Shown piece after piece: positions 1 through 10,302 of a DNA stretch of 64,000 nt. Source of the DNA: Candidatus Latescibacterota bacterium (GTDB lineage: Bacteria > Latescibacterota > UBA2968 > UBA8231); NCBI GenBank assembly GCA_965248355.1, contig OZ252098.1, forward strand, positions 4,544,001 through 4,608,000, written 5' to 3'. How positions within the stretch are numbered: position 1 is the stretch's first letter; each line of letters starts with the position of its first letter. Made by a program: the position numbers and the translations under genes. Under the pieces are notes generated by a model, which ran no database searches, was not told the DNA's origin, and was given only the letters and a program-made list of their open reading frames with translations.

Positions 1-1244
1 TACAGGGCCACCGCCGAGTTGACGGCGGCCACCAGCACGAGGGCGAACTGGCCCTGTTCGATGGCGGCCGAGAACAGGAACCACTTGCCGGTGAAGCCCA
101 CCGTCGGCGGCAGTCCGATCAGGCCCAGCAAGCCCACGAGCAGCAGCGCCGCCAGCACCGGCGAGCGCCGGTGCAGCCCGGCCAGCGAGTCGATGGAGAC
201 CAGGTCCCGGTCGCGGCCCACCTCGCAGACCACCAGGAAGCAGAGGAAGGAGACGGCGGCGTACCCGAGGCCGTAGAACAGGGCCGCCGTCAGCCCCGTG
301 CCGTCCAGGGTCTGCACGCCGATGAGGGCATAGCCGCCGTGGGCCACGGCGGAGTACCCGAGGAGCCGCTTGAAGTCCCCCTGCCGCAGGGCCGCCAGGT
401 TGCCCAGGCTCATGGCCAGCACGCTCATCCACATCAGGACCGTGCGGGCGGCGGCCGGATCCTCCTGCGGCATGGTCAGGGAGACGATGCGGCAGAGCAC
501 GGCCACGGCGGCCACCTTCGAGGCCGAGGCGATGAAGGCCGCCACCTCGTGGGACGCCGTCTGGTAGGTGTCGGGGGCCCAGAAGTGGAAGGGGAAGACG
601 GCGAGCTTGAAGAAGAACCCGGCCAGGGCCAGCAGCAGGGCGAGCCAGAACAGGGGCTGCTGCGACAGGGTGGGGAGCTGGGCGGCGATGTCGCCGAAGT
701 AGGTGGAGCCGGCCAGCCCGAAGAGGAAGCTGAGCCCGTACAGCGACACGGCCGAGGCCACCATCCCCTGCACCATGTATTTGGTGGAGCTCTCGCCGCT
801 CACGGCGCGACTGCGGTGCAGGGCCACGGCGATGTAGAGCGGGTAGGCGGACAGCTCCATGGAGATGTACAGGGTCAGCAGCTCCGTGGCGCTGACCAGC
901 ATCATCATCCCCACCGTGCTCAGCAGCAGGAACAGGGGCAGCTCCGGCCAGGCCTCCTCCCGGGTCGTGCGCGGCTGGCGGGCGACGGCGGCCACCAGCA
1001 GGAAGCCGGCGGCCAGGAAGGTCTTGACCAGCTGCGAGAAGAAGTCGACGCGGTAGATGCCGGGGAAGAAGGGCTCCCCCGACAGGGGCCAGGTGTGGAC
1101 GCAGGCGGCCAGGGCGGCCAGGCCCCCGGCCAGGGCCAGGATCCAGCTCACCCTGTAGGGGGCCCCCGCGACCTGGGCCGCGAACAGGGCCAGCGCCGCC
1201 AGCAGGCACACGGTCTCGGGCAGAAAGAGGATGAAGTCGGTCAT
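1..1244 (-). CDS. nuoN: NADH-quinone oxidoreductase subunit N (3' end runs off the window)
   Basis: Not in the ORF track; hand translation from ATG at 1244 (ATGA overlap with nuoM stop) gives MTDFILFLPE... with FKLAVFPFHFWAPDTYQ and ELLTLYISMELSAYPLY motifs; last in nuo order. Confidence 0.93.
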   Translation of the reverse strand, partial: MTDFILFLPETVCLLAALALFAAQVAGAPYRVSWILALAGGLAALAACVHTWPLSGEPFFPGIYRVDFFSQLVKTFLAAGFLLVAAVARQPRTTREEAWPELPLFLLLSTVGMMMLVSATELLTLYISMELSAYPLYIAVALHRSRAVSGESSTKYMVQGMVASAVSLYGLSFLFGLAGSTYFGDIAAQLPTLSQQPLFWLALLLALAGFFFKLAVFPFHFWAPDTYQTASHEVAAFIASASKVAAVAVLCRIVSLTMPQEDPAAARTVLMWMSVLAMSLGNLAALRQGDFKRLLGYSAVAHGGYALIGVQTLDGTGLTAALFYGLGYAAVSFLCFLVVCEVGRDRDLVSIDSLAGLHRRSPVLAALLLVGLLGLIGLPPTVGFTGKWFLFSAAIEQGQFALVLVAAVNSAVAL

Positions 1245-2716
1245 CGGAAGCCGGCGATCATGGCCGCCGTGGTGCCGTCGATCACGTCGAGCAGGGCCCG
1301 CGGGTAGAAGCCGAAGAACAGGAGCACGGCGATCAGGATCGCCCTCGGCACCAGGTGCACGCCCGCCAGGTCGAGGTCGCGCAGGCCGTTCCAGCGCTCG
1401 TTGACGGGCCCGAAGAAGGCCAGGGAGAACACGCGCAGGACGTAGACCGCGGTGAGCACGAGGCCGGCGATCACCGCCACGCCCATGACCGGGTAGGTCT
1501 TGAGCGCCGCCAGGAAGACGAGCAGCTCGGCCCAGAAGCTGGCCAGCCCGGGCATGCCGGCGCCGCACAGGCCGGCGACGATGAAGACCGAGACGGCCCG
1601 CGGCATCTGCGAGCCCAGGCCCCCGAAGTCGGAGATCGTCTTGGAGTGGGACCGGTCGTAGATGAAGCCGACGATGGAGAAGAACAGGGCCGTCATGATG
1701 CCGTGGGCGAACATCTGGAAGACGGCCCCGTTGAGGGCGTCGGCCCCGGCTTCGCCGAGGACGGCGAGGTTGAGGCCGAGGAGGACGATGCCCATGTGCG
1801 ACACCGAGGAGAACCCGACGACGAACTTGAAGTCGCTCTGGCGCATGGCCACGAAGGCCCCGTACACGACGCCCACGGAGGCGAGCACGGCGAAGACCGG
1901 GGCCCAGTGCACGGCGCCCTGGGGCAGGATACGGATGCCGGCGGCCAGGATCCCGTAGGCGCCCAGCTTCATCAGCACCCCGGCGTGCAGCATCGACACC
2001 GCCGAGGGTGCCGCCACGTGCCCCGTGGGCGACCACCCGTGGAAGGGGAAGAGGCCGGCGAGGACGCCGAAGCCGACGAAGACGAAGGGATAGACGAAGA
2101 TCTGGAAGTCGGGGTCGAAGGCGTGCCGCGACAGGGCCACCATGTCGAAGGTGCCCAGGCCGGAGGCGTGGTAGATCGACAGCAGGGCCGGGAAGAGCAG
2201 GGCCGAGCCGGCGAGCAGGAAGAGCATCAGCTTCATCGCCGCGTACTCGCGGTGGCCCGAGCCCCAGATCAGGATCAGGGGATACATGGGCACCACGGCG
2301 ACCTCGTAGAAGAAGAACAGGAAGAACAGGTCCTGGGAGAGGAAGACGCCGTAGACGCCGATCACCAGCAGCAGCATGAAGGCGAAGAACCCCTTCACCC
2401 GCTCCTCGAGGTCCCACATGGTGAGCACGCCGGTGAGGTAGACGATGGAGTTGAGCATCACCAGGATGGTGGTGAAGCCGTCCACCGCCAGGTGATAGGA
2501 GATGCCCAGGCTCTCCACCCAGGGCACCCGCTCGACGAACTGCATGTCCCCGGCGGCGGCGTCGTAGCCGAGCCACACCCGCAGGCTCAGGACGGTGGCC
2601 GCCAGCGCCGACACCAGGCTGATCCAGCGCACCGCGGCCCGGGCGCCGGCCGGCACGAGCAGGACCAGCCCGAGGGCGGCCGCCGGGCACAGCAGGATGG
2701 CGGTGAGGACAGGCAT
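1241..2716 (-). CDS. nuoM: NADH-quinone oxidoreductase subunit M
   Basis: Hydrophobic 491 aa antiporter-like; FFFYEVAVVPMY, PFHGWSPTGHVAAP, LMKLGAYG; operon position. Confidence 0.95.
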   Translation of the reverse strand: MPVLTAILLCPAAALGLVLLVPAGARAAVRWISLVSALAATVLSLRVWLGYDAAAGDMQFVERVPWVESLGISYHLAVDGFTTILVMLNSIVYLTGVLTMWDLEERVKGFFAFMLLLVIGVYGVFLSQDLFFLFFFYEVAVVPMYPLILIWGSGHREYAAMKLMLFLLAGSALLFPALLSIYHASGLGTFDMVALSRHAFDPDFQIFVYPFVFVGFGVLAGLFPFHGWSPTGHVAAPSAVSMLHAGVLMKLGAYGILAAGIRILPQGAVHWAPVFAVLASVGVVYGAFVAMRQSDFKFVVGFSSVSHMGIVLLGLNLAVLGEAGADALNGAVFQMFAHGIMTALFFSIVGFIYDRSHSKTISDFGGLGSQMPRAVSVFIVAGLCGAGMPGLASFWAELLVFLAALKTYPVMGVAVIAGLVLTAVYVLRVFSLAFFGPVNERWNGLRDLDLAGVHLVPRAILIAVLLFFGFYPRALLDVIDGTTAAMIAGFR

Positions 2717-2742
2717 GGCTCAGGGACCCTTGCGTTGCGCCA

Positions 2743-4590
2743 TCAGCGCATCCCCAGGTAGGCCGCCGCGAGGCCGATGAGCACCACCGCCCAGCCCCCG
2801 TAGAACTGGACCCAGCCGGTCTGCAGGCGCGTGGAGCCGGTGCCGGCGCCGAGGATGCCGAAGCCGAAGCGCTCGAAGTTCAGGTCCAGGCCCCTCACCT
2901 CGAAGGCGTGCAGCACCCGGGCGGCGAGCAGGGTGAGGCGCACGACCACGGCGCGGTAGAGGACGTCCACGTACCACTGCCTTGCGAACAGCGTCTGCAG
3001 CGGCGGCACCCGGCGGAGGGACCCTGTGCGCGGCGCCCCGGCGCGGCCGAAGTCGAGCCACGCCCACAGCACCCCCAGGGCGACCACGGCCAGGGCCGGC
3101 GCCATCGACGCCAGGCCGTGGGGCGCGGGCGCGACGCCGAGTCCGGCGGCGATCTGGCGCCCCCAGAACCCGGCGATCACCGCCCCGAGGGTGAGCAGGG
3201 CCACGGGCCCGGCCATGATCCAGGGCTCGGCGCGGCCCTCGTGGTGGCTGTGACCGTCCGCCTCGATTCGCGCCGGCCGCGTCACCAGGAAGATCATGCG
3301 GAAGGTGTAGTAGGCGGTCAGCAGGGCGGCGAGGAAGGCGGCGGCCAGGGCGGCCGTCGTCACCGGGTCGCCGCCGCCGTGTCCGAGACTGGCGAAGATC
3401 TCCTCCTTGCTGAAGAACCCGGCCAGGGGCGGCACCCCCGCCAGGGCGGCCCCCCCGGCCACGAGCCCGGCCGTGGCGAAGGTCAGCCGCCGTCCGCCGG
3501 CGCGCCCGATCCCCTCCAGATCGTTGGTGCCGCAGTGGTGGATGAAGAGCCCCGAGCACAGGAAGAGCAGCGACTTGAAGAGGGCGTGGGTGACCAGGTG
3601 GAAGACGCCGGCGAAGAGGCTGCCGGCGGCCAGCCCCATGAGCATGAAGCCGAGCTGCGAGATCGACGAGTAGGCCAGCACCCTCTTGATGTCGTTCTCG
3701 ACCATGGCCATGGTCGCCGCCAGCAGGGCGGTCAGCGCCGAGATCGTGAGGATCACGCCCGGCGTCCCCTCCGCCGCCGCGAAGAGGGGGTGCAGCCGCG
3801 CCATGAGGAAGACGCCGGCGGCCACCATCGTCGCCGAGTGCAGCAGGGCGCTCACCGGCGTGGGGCCCTCCATGGCGTCGGGCAGCCAGGTGTGCAGGGG
3901 GAACTGGGCGCTCTTGCCGGCGATGCCGGCGAAGATCAGCAGGGTGATGATGGTCAGCAGCAGGGGCGCCGCCGTGCGCACCAGCCCGGACCGCGGATCC
4001 AACAGGGCGGGGATGTCGAAGCCGCCGGCCACGTGCAGGATCATCAGCAGGCCGATGAACAGGCCCACGTCGCCGATGCGGGTCATGACGAAGGCCTTGG
4101 TCGCCGCGTCCCGGGCGGCGGGCCTCTCGTACCAGAACCCGATGAGGAAGAACGAGGACAGGCCCACCAGCTCCCAGAAGATGAAGGCCTGCAGCAGGTC
4201 GACGGCGTACACGAAGCTGAGCATGGACCACTCGAAGAGGCCCAGCAGGGCGAAGTAGCGGGTCCGGCCGGGGTCGCCGCCCATGTATCCCACCGAGTAG
4301 ACCATGACGCACAGGGTCACCAGGGCGACGGCGGCGCCGAACATCAGGCTCAGGCCGTCGAGGTAGAACCCGAAGCGCAGCTCCACGGGGCCGCTGGCCA
4401 ACCACAGGAAGCGCAGCGGCTCCACCGGCCCGGACGCCAGCAGCGCCAGCGCCCCCAGCAGGGAGACGGCGCCGCCGGCCAGGACCACGGCCTGGGCCGG
4501 CCGCGGCCGCCCCGCCAGGAACAGGAGGGCCACGACGCAGGCGGCGAAGGGCGCGCCGGTGGTGGCCAGGGCGAGGGTCAGGGTGTCCAC
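2743..4590 (-). CDS. nuoL: NADH-quinone oxidoreductase subunit L
   Basis: GKSAQFPLHTWLPDAMEGPTPVSALLHSATMVAAG signature. Confidence 0.97.
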   Translation of the reverse strand: MDTLTLALATTGAPFAACVVALLFLAGRPRPAQAVVLAGGAVSLLGALALLASGPVEPLRFLWLASGPVELRFGFYLDGLSLMFGAAVALVTLCVMVYSVGYMGGDPGRTRYFALLGLFEWSMLSFVYAVDLLQAFIFWELVGLSSFFLIGFWYERPAARDAATKAFVMTRIGDVGLFIGLLMILHVAGGFDIPALLDPRSGLVRTAAPLLLTIITLLIFAGIAGKSAQFPLHTWLPDAMEGPTPVSALLHSATMVAAGVFLMARLHPLFAAAEGTPGVILTISALTALLAATMAMVENDIKRVLAYSSISQLGFMLMGLAAGSLFAGVFHLVTHALFKSLLFLCSGLFIHHCGTNDLEGIGRAGGRRLTFATAGLVAGGAALAGVPPLAGFFSKEEIFASLGHGGGDPVTTAALAAAFLAALLTAYYTFRMIFLVTRPARIEADGHSHHEGRAEPWIMAGPVALLTLGAVIAGFWGRQIAAGLGVAPAPHGLASMAPALAVVALGVLWAWLDFGRAGAPRTGSLRRVPPLQTLFARQWYVDVLYRAVVVRLTLLAARVLHAFEVRGLDLNFERFGFGILGAGTGSTRLQTGWVQFYGGWAVVLIGLAAAYLGMR

Positions 4591-4599
4591 GTTGCCCGG

Positions 4600-4905
4600 T
4601 CAGCCCTTCAGCGCGGTGAGCTGCTCTATGTCGATGGCGCGCCGCAGTCGGTGGAGGTTGAGGATGATCGACAGGAAGATGGCCACCTCGGCCGCCGCCA
4701 GGCCGATGATGATGAGCACGAAGACCTGCCCCGTGCTCGGGTCGCTGACGCAGAAGCGGTTGAAGGCCATGATGTTGAGGCTCGCCGCGTTCATCATCAG
4801 CTCGACGCCGATGAGCACCGCGATCAGGTTGCGCTGGGCGAGCACGGCGTACAGGCCCAGGCAGAACAGGGCGAGGCCGACCAGCAGGTAGCCCTCCAGG
4901 TTCAC
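4600..4905 (-). CDS. nuoK: NADH-quinone oxidoreductase subunit K
   Basis: 101 aa; VELMMNAASLN, AAAEVAI, ends LKG. Confidence 0.96.
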   Translation of the reverse strand: MNLEGYLLVGLALFCLGLYAVLAQRNLIAVLIGVELMMNAASLNIMAFNRFCVSDPSTGQVFVLIIIGLAAAEVAIFLSIILNLHRLRRAIDIEQLTALKG

Positions 4906-5408
4906 GTCGTCGTCCCCCGGCCGCTGCGGGCGATCAGGATGGCGCCGATGATGGCCAGCAGCAGCACTACGGACAAGGTCTCGAAGACGAGGTTGTAGTG
5001 GGTCAGCAGGGCGTGGCCGATGCCGGCCACGGGCCAGGTCTCGTGGGGGACCGGCGGCCGGTCCGCGAAGGGGGCCGCCCGCAGCAGCGGCAGCACGGCG
5101 GCCCCGAAGGCGACGGCGCAGAGACCGGCGAAGACGGCCTTGAGGCGGTTGCGCGGCGGCGGCGCCACGGTCATGGCGATGGACAGCATCATGGCGAAGA
5201 CGATGGCCACGGTGATGCCGCCGATGTAGATGAGCAGCTGCATGGCCGCCACGAAGGGGCTTCCCAGCAGCAGGAACAGCCCGGCCACGCCGAAGAGGCT
5301 GAGGCCCAGGCCGATGATGGCGTAGAGGATGTGGCGCGCCCAGGCGGCCGCGAGTCCTCCCGCCAGGACCAGGGCCGCGAAGAGGAAGGGGGCGGTCTCC
5401 TCGAGCAC
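4902..5408 (-). CDS. nuoJ: NADH-quinone oxidoreductase subunit J
   Basis: QLLIYIGGITV and FETLSVVLLLAIIGAI motifs. Confidence 0.95.
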   Translation of the reverse strand: MLEETAPFLFAALVLAGGLAAAWARHILYAIIGLGLSLFGVAGLFLLLGSPFVAAMQLLIYIGGITVAIVFAMMLSIAMTVAPPPRNRLKAVFAGLCAVAFGAAVLPLLRAAPFADRPPVPHETWPVAGIGHALLTHYNLVFETLSVVLLLAIIGAILIARSGRGTTT

Positions 5409-5412
5409 TCGC

Positions 5413-5970
5413 TCAGCTCTCCGGACCGGGTTCGGCGGCCGGCGCCGCCTTGGCCGCGGCGGCCTTGCGGCGGGCGGCCGCCGCCTTCCTGGCCGCCGCC
5501 TGCTCCGCCTCCAGGGCCCGCAGGCGGTCCCGCACCTCGGGCTCCCGCTTCCGCCACGGGATCAGCAGGTCGTACAGGAAGTCGCCGCGCTCGTACCCGG
5601 CCTGGTCGTACTCGCGGACGTAGCCCAGGGTGTCGGTGGGGCACACGTCGAGGCAGAGGCCGCACTCCGAGCACAGGGCGAAGTCGACGTCGAACCTGGT
5701 GGCCCTCCTGCGCTTCATGCCGTCGGGGCGCTCGCCCTCGATGTAGATGCAGTCCGAGGGGCAGACGCGCTCGCAGGCGCCGCAGTCGATGCAGTCGTGG
5801 GAGCCGATGCCCTCGATCTCGATGAGGGCGATGACGTTGCGGAAGGCCTTCGTCATCTCGATCCGCTCGCGCGGATACTGGGAGGTCACCGGCGGCCGGA
5901 AGACGTGCTGCAGGGTCACCTTCATCCCCGTCAGCAGCGACCAGGCGCCGAGGAAGGTCTGTCTCAGCAT
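5413..5970 (-). CDS. nuoI: NADH-quinone oxidoreductase subunit I (2x 4Fe-4S)
   Basis: CIDCGACERVCP and CSECGLCLDVCP; VTSQYP. Confidence 0.95.
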   Translation of the reverse strand: MLRQTFLGAWSLLTGMKVTLQHVFRPPVTSQYPRERIEMTKAFRNVIALIEIEGIGSHDCIDCGACERVCPSDCIYIEGERPDGMKRRRATRFDVDFALCSECGLCLDVCPTDTLGYVREYDQAGYERGDFLYDLLIPWRKREPEVRDRLRALEAEQAAARKAAAARRKAAAAKAAPAAEPGPES

Positions 5971-5980
5971 GCTCCCCGTC

Positions 5981-6955
5981 TCACAGTTTCAGGACCACGG
6001 CGGTCAACAGCAGGTTGATCAGCGCCAGCGGCACCAGCACCGCCCAGGCAAAGGTCATGAGCTGGTCGAAGCGCAGGCGCGGAAAGGTCCAGCGGACCCA
6101 CATCATCACCAGGATCAGGCCGTAGACCTTGGCGAAGAACCACAGCCACCCCGGCAGCAGCGGCCCGTTCCAGGCCCCGAGGAAGAGGATCGTGGCCACG
6201 GCGCAGACGATCACCATGTGGGTGAACTCGGCCAGGAAGAACACGCCGAAGCGCATCCCCGAGTACTCCGTGTGGAACCCGGCCACCAGCTCCGACTCGG
6301 CCTCGGGGATGTCGAAGGGCGCGCGGTTGGTCTCGGCCGTGGCCGAGATGAAGTAGATGAGGAAGGCCAGGGGCTGCACCAGCACGAAGGGCCAGGACGC
6401 CTGGGCGCTGCCGATCTGGTGCAGGCTCAGGGACCGCGTCATGAGCACCACGGGGATCACGGCCAGCAGGAGCGGGATCTCGTAGGAGATGTTCTGGGCC
6501 ACGGCGCGCACGGCGCCGAGGAGGGCGTACTTGTTGTTGGAGCCCCAGCCGGCGGCGAAGATGCCGATCACGTTGAGGCCCGAGAACGCCAGCAGCAGGA
6601 CCAGGGCGATGTCGTAGTCCTGGAAGACCCAGGTCTCGGTCACCGGCAGCAGGGCCAGCAGCGCCAGCAGGGGCGCGAAGACGAGGACCGGGGCGGTCAG
6701 GTAGAGGGGGCGGTGCACGTGGTCCGGCGTGACCAGCTCCTTGCCCACCAGCTTGACCACGTCGGCCAGCGTCTGCAGCAGCCCGAAGGGCCCCACCTCC
6801 GTGGGCCCGTAGCGCCGCTGGATGCGGGCGCTGACCTTGCGCTCCAGCCAGATCAGGGCCAGGGCGTTGACCGTGATGAAGCCCATGATCGCCGCCGTCG
6901 CCGCCAGCACGCCGATCCAGACGTTGGGGAGGCTCTGCAGGAGGCCGGGGGACAT
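5981..6955 (-). CDS. nuoH: NADH-quinone oxidoreductase subunit H
   Basis: ERKVSARIQRRYGP, AETNRAPFDIPEAESELVAGFHTEYSG. Confidence 0.97.
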   Translation of the reverse strand: MSPGLLQSLPNVWIGVLAATAAIMGFITVNALALIWLERKVSARIQRRYGPTEVGPFGLLQTLADVVKLVGKELVTPDHVHRPLYLTAPVLVFAPLLALLALLPVTETWVFQDYDIALVLLLAFSGLNVIGIFAAGWGSNNKYALLGAVRAVAQNISYEIPLLLAVIPVVLMTRSLSLHQIGSAQASWPFVLVQPLAFLIYFISATAETNRAPFDIPEAESELVAGFHTEYSGMRFGVFFLAEFTHMVIVCAVATILFLGAWNGPLLPGWLWFFAKVYGLILVMMWVRWTFPRLRFDQLMTFAWAVLVPLALINLLLTAVVLKL

Positions 6956-6967
6956 GGGCGGCGCCTA

Positions 6968-8138
6968 GTGTCCCGTCCGAGAATTAAGAAGAATCAACAA
7001 GGGCTGTCCGATGTCGCCGCCACCGTCTCCCGAGCGCGCTGGATCTTGCGCAGGATGGTCTCGCCGTCGGCCTTCCAGCGGTAGGGTTTGGGGGCCAAGT
7101 TCCGCTGCGCCAAGTAGGCTTCGATGTCGCGCACCAACTCCCCGACGCTGGCAAAGCTGCCGTCCCGAATCACATCCTGCGTCAGCTCGCCGAAGAACCG
7201 TTCGACCAAGTTCATCCAGGAGGAACTGGTGGGGGTGAAATGGACATGGAAGCGCCGATGCCGAGACAACCAATGCTGCACGCTCTCCTCCTTGTGGGGG
7301 CCGGCGTTGTCCACGATCAGGTGCAGCGACAGGTTCTTGGGCGTCTCGCGGTCGATCTGCTTGAGAAAGCGGAGCCATTCGACGTGGGTATGACGCGCCT
7401 CCAGACGCGCGATGAGCTTGCCGTCGAGGTAGTTGAGCGCGGCGAACAAGGTGATCGTACCGTGGCGCTTGTAATCGTGGGTCCGGGTGCGGATGTCGCC
7501 GATCCCCAGCGGCAAGCCCGGCTGGGTCCGTTCCAGCGCCTGGCACTGGCTCTTCTCGTCACAGCACAGCACCAGCGCGCGCTCGGGGGGATCCAGGTAG
7601 AGCCCGATCACGTCCCAGAATTTTTCCTCGAAGTGCGGGTCCGTGGAGACCTTGAAGGTCTTGGTCAAATGGGGCTTGATGTCGTTGGCCTTCCAGATCC
7701 GGTGCACGCTGTCCGGCGACATCCCCGCCGCCTGGGCCATCGAGCGCACGCTCCAGCGCGTGCGCGGCTTCGGCGGCTGCGTGACCGCGGTGAGGACCTG
7801 CTCGACCTTGTCCGCCGGCAAGCTCGCCGGCCGGCCCCGGCCCTTGGCGTCGTTCAGTCCCGCCAAACCCTCGCGATCAAAGCGTTGCGACCACTTGTTC
7901 ACACACGCCACACTGGCGCCCAACTCGGCGGCCACCTGCACCTGCTTGATCCCTTCGGCCCGGCGCAGGACGATGGCCGCGCGCAGGCTGTCGCGCTGGG
8001 ACGCGGAGGGGGCCCTGACGCGACGCTCCAACTCCTGTCGCTCGGACGCGGTCAACTCAAGGCGGGACACCGGGCGGGCCATGGCCTGAAGATAAGGCCT
8101 TGACTCTGTTTTTACAACTCATTTGTCGGACGCGACAC
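6968..8138 (-). mobile_element. IS630-family insertion sequence (copy A)
   Basis: Terminal IRs GTGTC(C/G)CGTCCGA; TA duplicated at 6966-6967 and 8139-8140 in CTAG context. Confidence 0.93.
6994..8082 (-). CDS. IS630 transposase
   Basis: N-terminal HTH, DEKSQCQAL, YKRHGT, SSSWMNLVERFF DDE motifs. Confidence 0.96.
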   Translation of the reverse strand: MARPVSRLELTASERQELERRVRAPSASQRDSLRAAIVLRRAEGIKQVQVAAELGASVACVNKWSQRFDREGLAGLNDAKGRGRPASLPADKVEQVLTAVTQPPKPRTRWSVRSMAQAAGMSPDSVHRIWKANDIKPHLTKTFKVSTDPHFEEKFWDVIGLYLDPPERALVLCCDEKSQCQALERTQPGLPLGIGDIRTRTHDYKRHGTITLFAALNYLDGKLIARLEARHTHVEWLRFLKQIDRETPKNLSLHLIVDNAGPHKEESVQHWLSRHRRFHVHFTPTSSSWMNLVERFFGELTQDVIRDGSFASVGELVRDIEAYLAQRNLAPKPYRWKADGETILRKIQRARETVAATSDSPC

Positions 8139-9280
8139 TAGCGGTCGATCTCGGGGATGACGACGTCGACGCTGCCCAGGATCGCCACCGTGTCGGCCAG
8201 CATCGTCCCCGGCAGCACCGCGGGCATGGTCGAGACGTTGGCGAAGGAGGGCGTGCGCAGCTTCACGCGCACCGGCGTGTCCGTGCCGTCGCTGCGGATG
8301 TAGATGCCGAAGTGGCCGCGCGCCGACTCGCAGGCGAAGTAGTGGTCGCCCGCCGGCGGCCGGATGCGCTTGGGCACCTTCGGCGCCTGCACCGGCCCCT
8401 CGGGGATGCCGCGCAGGGCCTGCTCGATCAGCCGCAGAGACTGCTCCATCTCGGCCATGCGCACCATGTGGCGGTCGAAGCAGTCGCCGCCGGCGCCGGT
8501 GGGCACGTCGAACTCCAGCCGGTCGTAGAGGCCGTAGGGCTCGTCCTTGCGCACGTCGCGGGCGATCCCGGCGGCGCGCAGGCAGGGCCCGGTGACGCCG
8601 TAGTCGAGCCCCAGCGGCCCGCCCATCACCCCGACGCCGCGGGTGCGGTGCCGGAAGATGACGTTGCGCGTCACCAGCTTGTGGTACTCCTCCAGGCGGT
8701 CGGTGAAGTAGTCGCAGAAGTCGGAGACGTCACGCAGGAAGACATCGTCCACGTCCATGGTGACGCCGCCGAAGCGCCCGTAGCAGTAGGTCAGGCGCGA
8801 GCCGGTGACGTAGTCGAGCAGGTCGAGGATCTTCTCGCGGTCGGTGAAGGCGTAGAGGAAGGGGGTGAACCCCCCCAGGTCGAGCAGGTAGGTGCCCATC
8901 CACAGCAGGTGGCTGGAGATGCGGTTCAGCTCGCCGGCGATGACGCGGATGTACTCGGCGCGCTCGGGCACCTCGATCTGCATCGCCCTCTCCACCGCCT
9001 GGCAGTAGCCGAGGTTGTAGATCATCCCCGACAGGTAGTCGATGCGGCTGGTGTTGGGCAGGAACTGCAGGTAGTCCCGGTTCTCGGCCATCTTCTCGTG
9101 GGCCCGGTGGCCGTAGCCGATCACCGGCTCGCAGGCGAGGATGCGCTCCCCTTCCAGGTGCAGGCGCAGGCGCAGCACCCCGTGGGTGGAGGGGTGCTGG
9201 GGGCCCATGTTCAGGTAGTAGGTCTCGCGGTCGGCCTCGTCCGGCACCAGCTCCATGGTGGGTGAAGGGTTGACGGTCAT
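8138..9280 (-). CDS. nuoD: NADH-quinone oxidoreductase subunit D
   Basis: [22 protein letters not shown]-terminal PEIDR; no Ni-binding CxxC, so not a hydrogenase large subunit. Confidence 0.96.
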   Translation of the reverse strand: MTVNPSPTMELVPDEADRETYYLNMGPQHPSTHGVLRLRLHLEGERILACEPVIGYGHRAHEKMAENRDYLQFLPNTSRIDYLSGMIYNLGYCQAVERAMQIEVPERAEYIRVIAGELNRISSHLLWMGTYLLDLGGFTPFLYAFTDREKILDLLDYVTGSRLTYCYGRFGGVTMDVDDVFLRDVSDFCDYFTDRLEEYHKLVTRNVIFRHRTRGVGVMGGPLGLDYGVTGPCLRAAGIARDVRKDEPYGLYDRLEFDVPTGAGGDCFDRHMVRMAEMEQSLRLIEQALRGIPEGPVQAPKVPKRIRPPAGDHYFACESARGHFGIYIRSDGTDTPVRVKLRTPSFANVSTMPAVLPGTMLADTVAILGSVDVVIPEIDR

Positions 9281-9783
9281 GCCTCCTCCCCCTCGTCCTC
9301 CGTCTCCTCGACCACGACCCCGGACAGCTGGTGGCGCAGGGGGTCCTCGTCGACGAAGTCCTTGCGCAGCGGATGGCCGCTGTAGTCCTCCGGCATGAGG
9401 ATGCGCTTGAGATCGGGGTGACCCTCCACCGGCACGCCGTGCATGTCCCAGACCTCGCGCTCGTACCAGTCGGCCCCCGGGAAGACGGCGGCGATGCTCA
9501 CCGCCGGCTGTCCGCCGTCGAGGCGCACGCGGACCAGGTGGCGGTCGGCATCCCCCGGGCGGTTGAACTGGTAGGCGAGGGTGAAGGCCCCCACCTCCTC
9601 GTCGCCGCGCTCGTCGAGGCAGGTGAGGTGCTCGAGGTAGTAGCCGGCGTCGCGGAAGCAGCGCGCCACCTCGGGCATGGCCTCGGCCTCGGCCGCGTGC
9701 CCGCGGTGATGGCCCCGCGTCGCGTAGTCCTGATCGGAGGAGTCGGTGACCCCGGCCGGTTGTGGGAGGGGGCCGCCGATCAC
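9277..9783 (-). CDS. nuoC: NADH-quinone oxidoreductase subunit C
   Basis: [14 protein letters not shown]...GHPDLKRIL...GHPLRKDF; probable GTG start overlapping the nuoB stop (ORF track extends it too far). Confidence 0.92.
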   Translation of the reverse strand: MIGGPLPQPAGVTDSSDQDYATRGHHRGHAAEAEAMPEVARCFRDAGYYLEHLTCLDERGDEEVGAFTLAYQFNRPGDADRHLVRVRLDGGQPAVSIAAVFPGADWYEREVWDMHGVPVEGHPDLKRILMPEDYSGHPLRKDFVDEDPLRHQLSGVVVEETEDEGEEA

Positions 9784-10298
9784 GCCACCGTGGCCCGGGC
9801 CGTGTCCCCGGCCTTGATCTTCTCTTCGAGCTTGAGGATGCCGGCGAAGAGCGCCTCGGGGCGGGGCGGGCACCCCGGGACGTAGACGTCCACGGGGATG
9901 ATCTTGTCGGCGCCCTCGATGATGGCGTACTGGCCGGGATACTTGAAGGGCCCGCCGTCGATGGTGCAGCCGCCCATGGCGATCGACCACTTGGGCGAGG
10001 GCATCTGGTCCCACAAGGTCTTGATCACCGGGCCCATCTTCCGCGAGATCGTGCCCGCCGTGATCATGACGTCGGCCTGCCGGGCGCTGGGGCGGAAGAC
10101 GCCGGCGCCGATGCGGTCCAGGTCGAAGCGAGAGGCGCCCACGGCCATCATCTCGATGGCGCAGCAGGCGAGGCCGAAGGTCAGCGGCCACAGGGAGTTG
10201 GCGCGGGCGAGGTTGAGCAGGTTCTCGAGCTTGTCGAGATGCACGAGGGGCTTGGCCTGCTCGAGCAGGACGTCGCTCGGTTCGCTGGCTTTCGTCAC
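9780..10298 (-). CDS. nuoB: NADH-quinone oxidoreductase subunit B
   Basis: [25 protein letters not shown]. Confidence 0.97.
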   Translation of the reverse strand: MTKASEPSDVLLEQAKPLVHLDKLENLLNLARANSLWPLTFGLACCAIEMMAVGASRFDLDRIGAGVFRPSARQADVMITAGTISRKMGPVIKTLWDQMPSPKWSIAMGGCTIDGGPFKYPGQYAIIEGADKIIPVDVYVPGCPPRPEALFAGILKLEEKIKAGDTARATVA

Positions 10299-10302
10299 GT
10301 TT

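Noticed and set aside
8138..10298. Group 4 NiFe hydrogenase reading of nuoBCD
   Set aside because: The large subunit lacks both Ni-binding CxxC motifs and has complex I quinone-site motifs.
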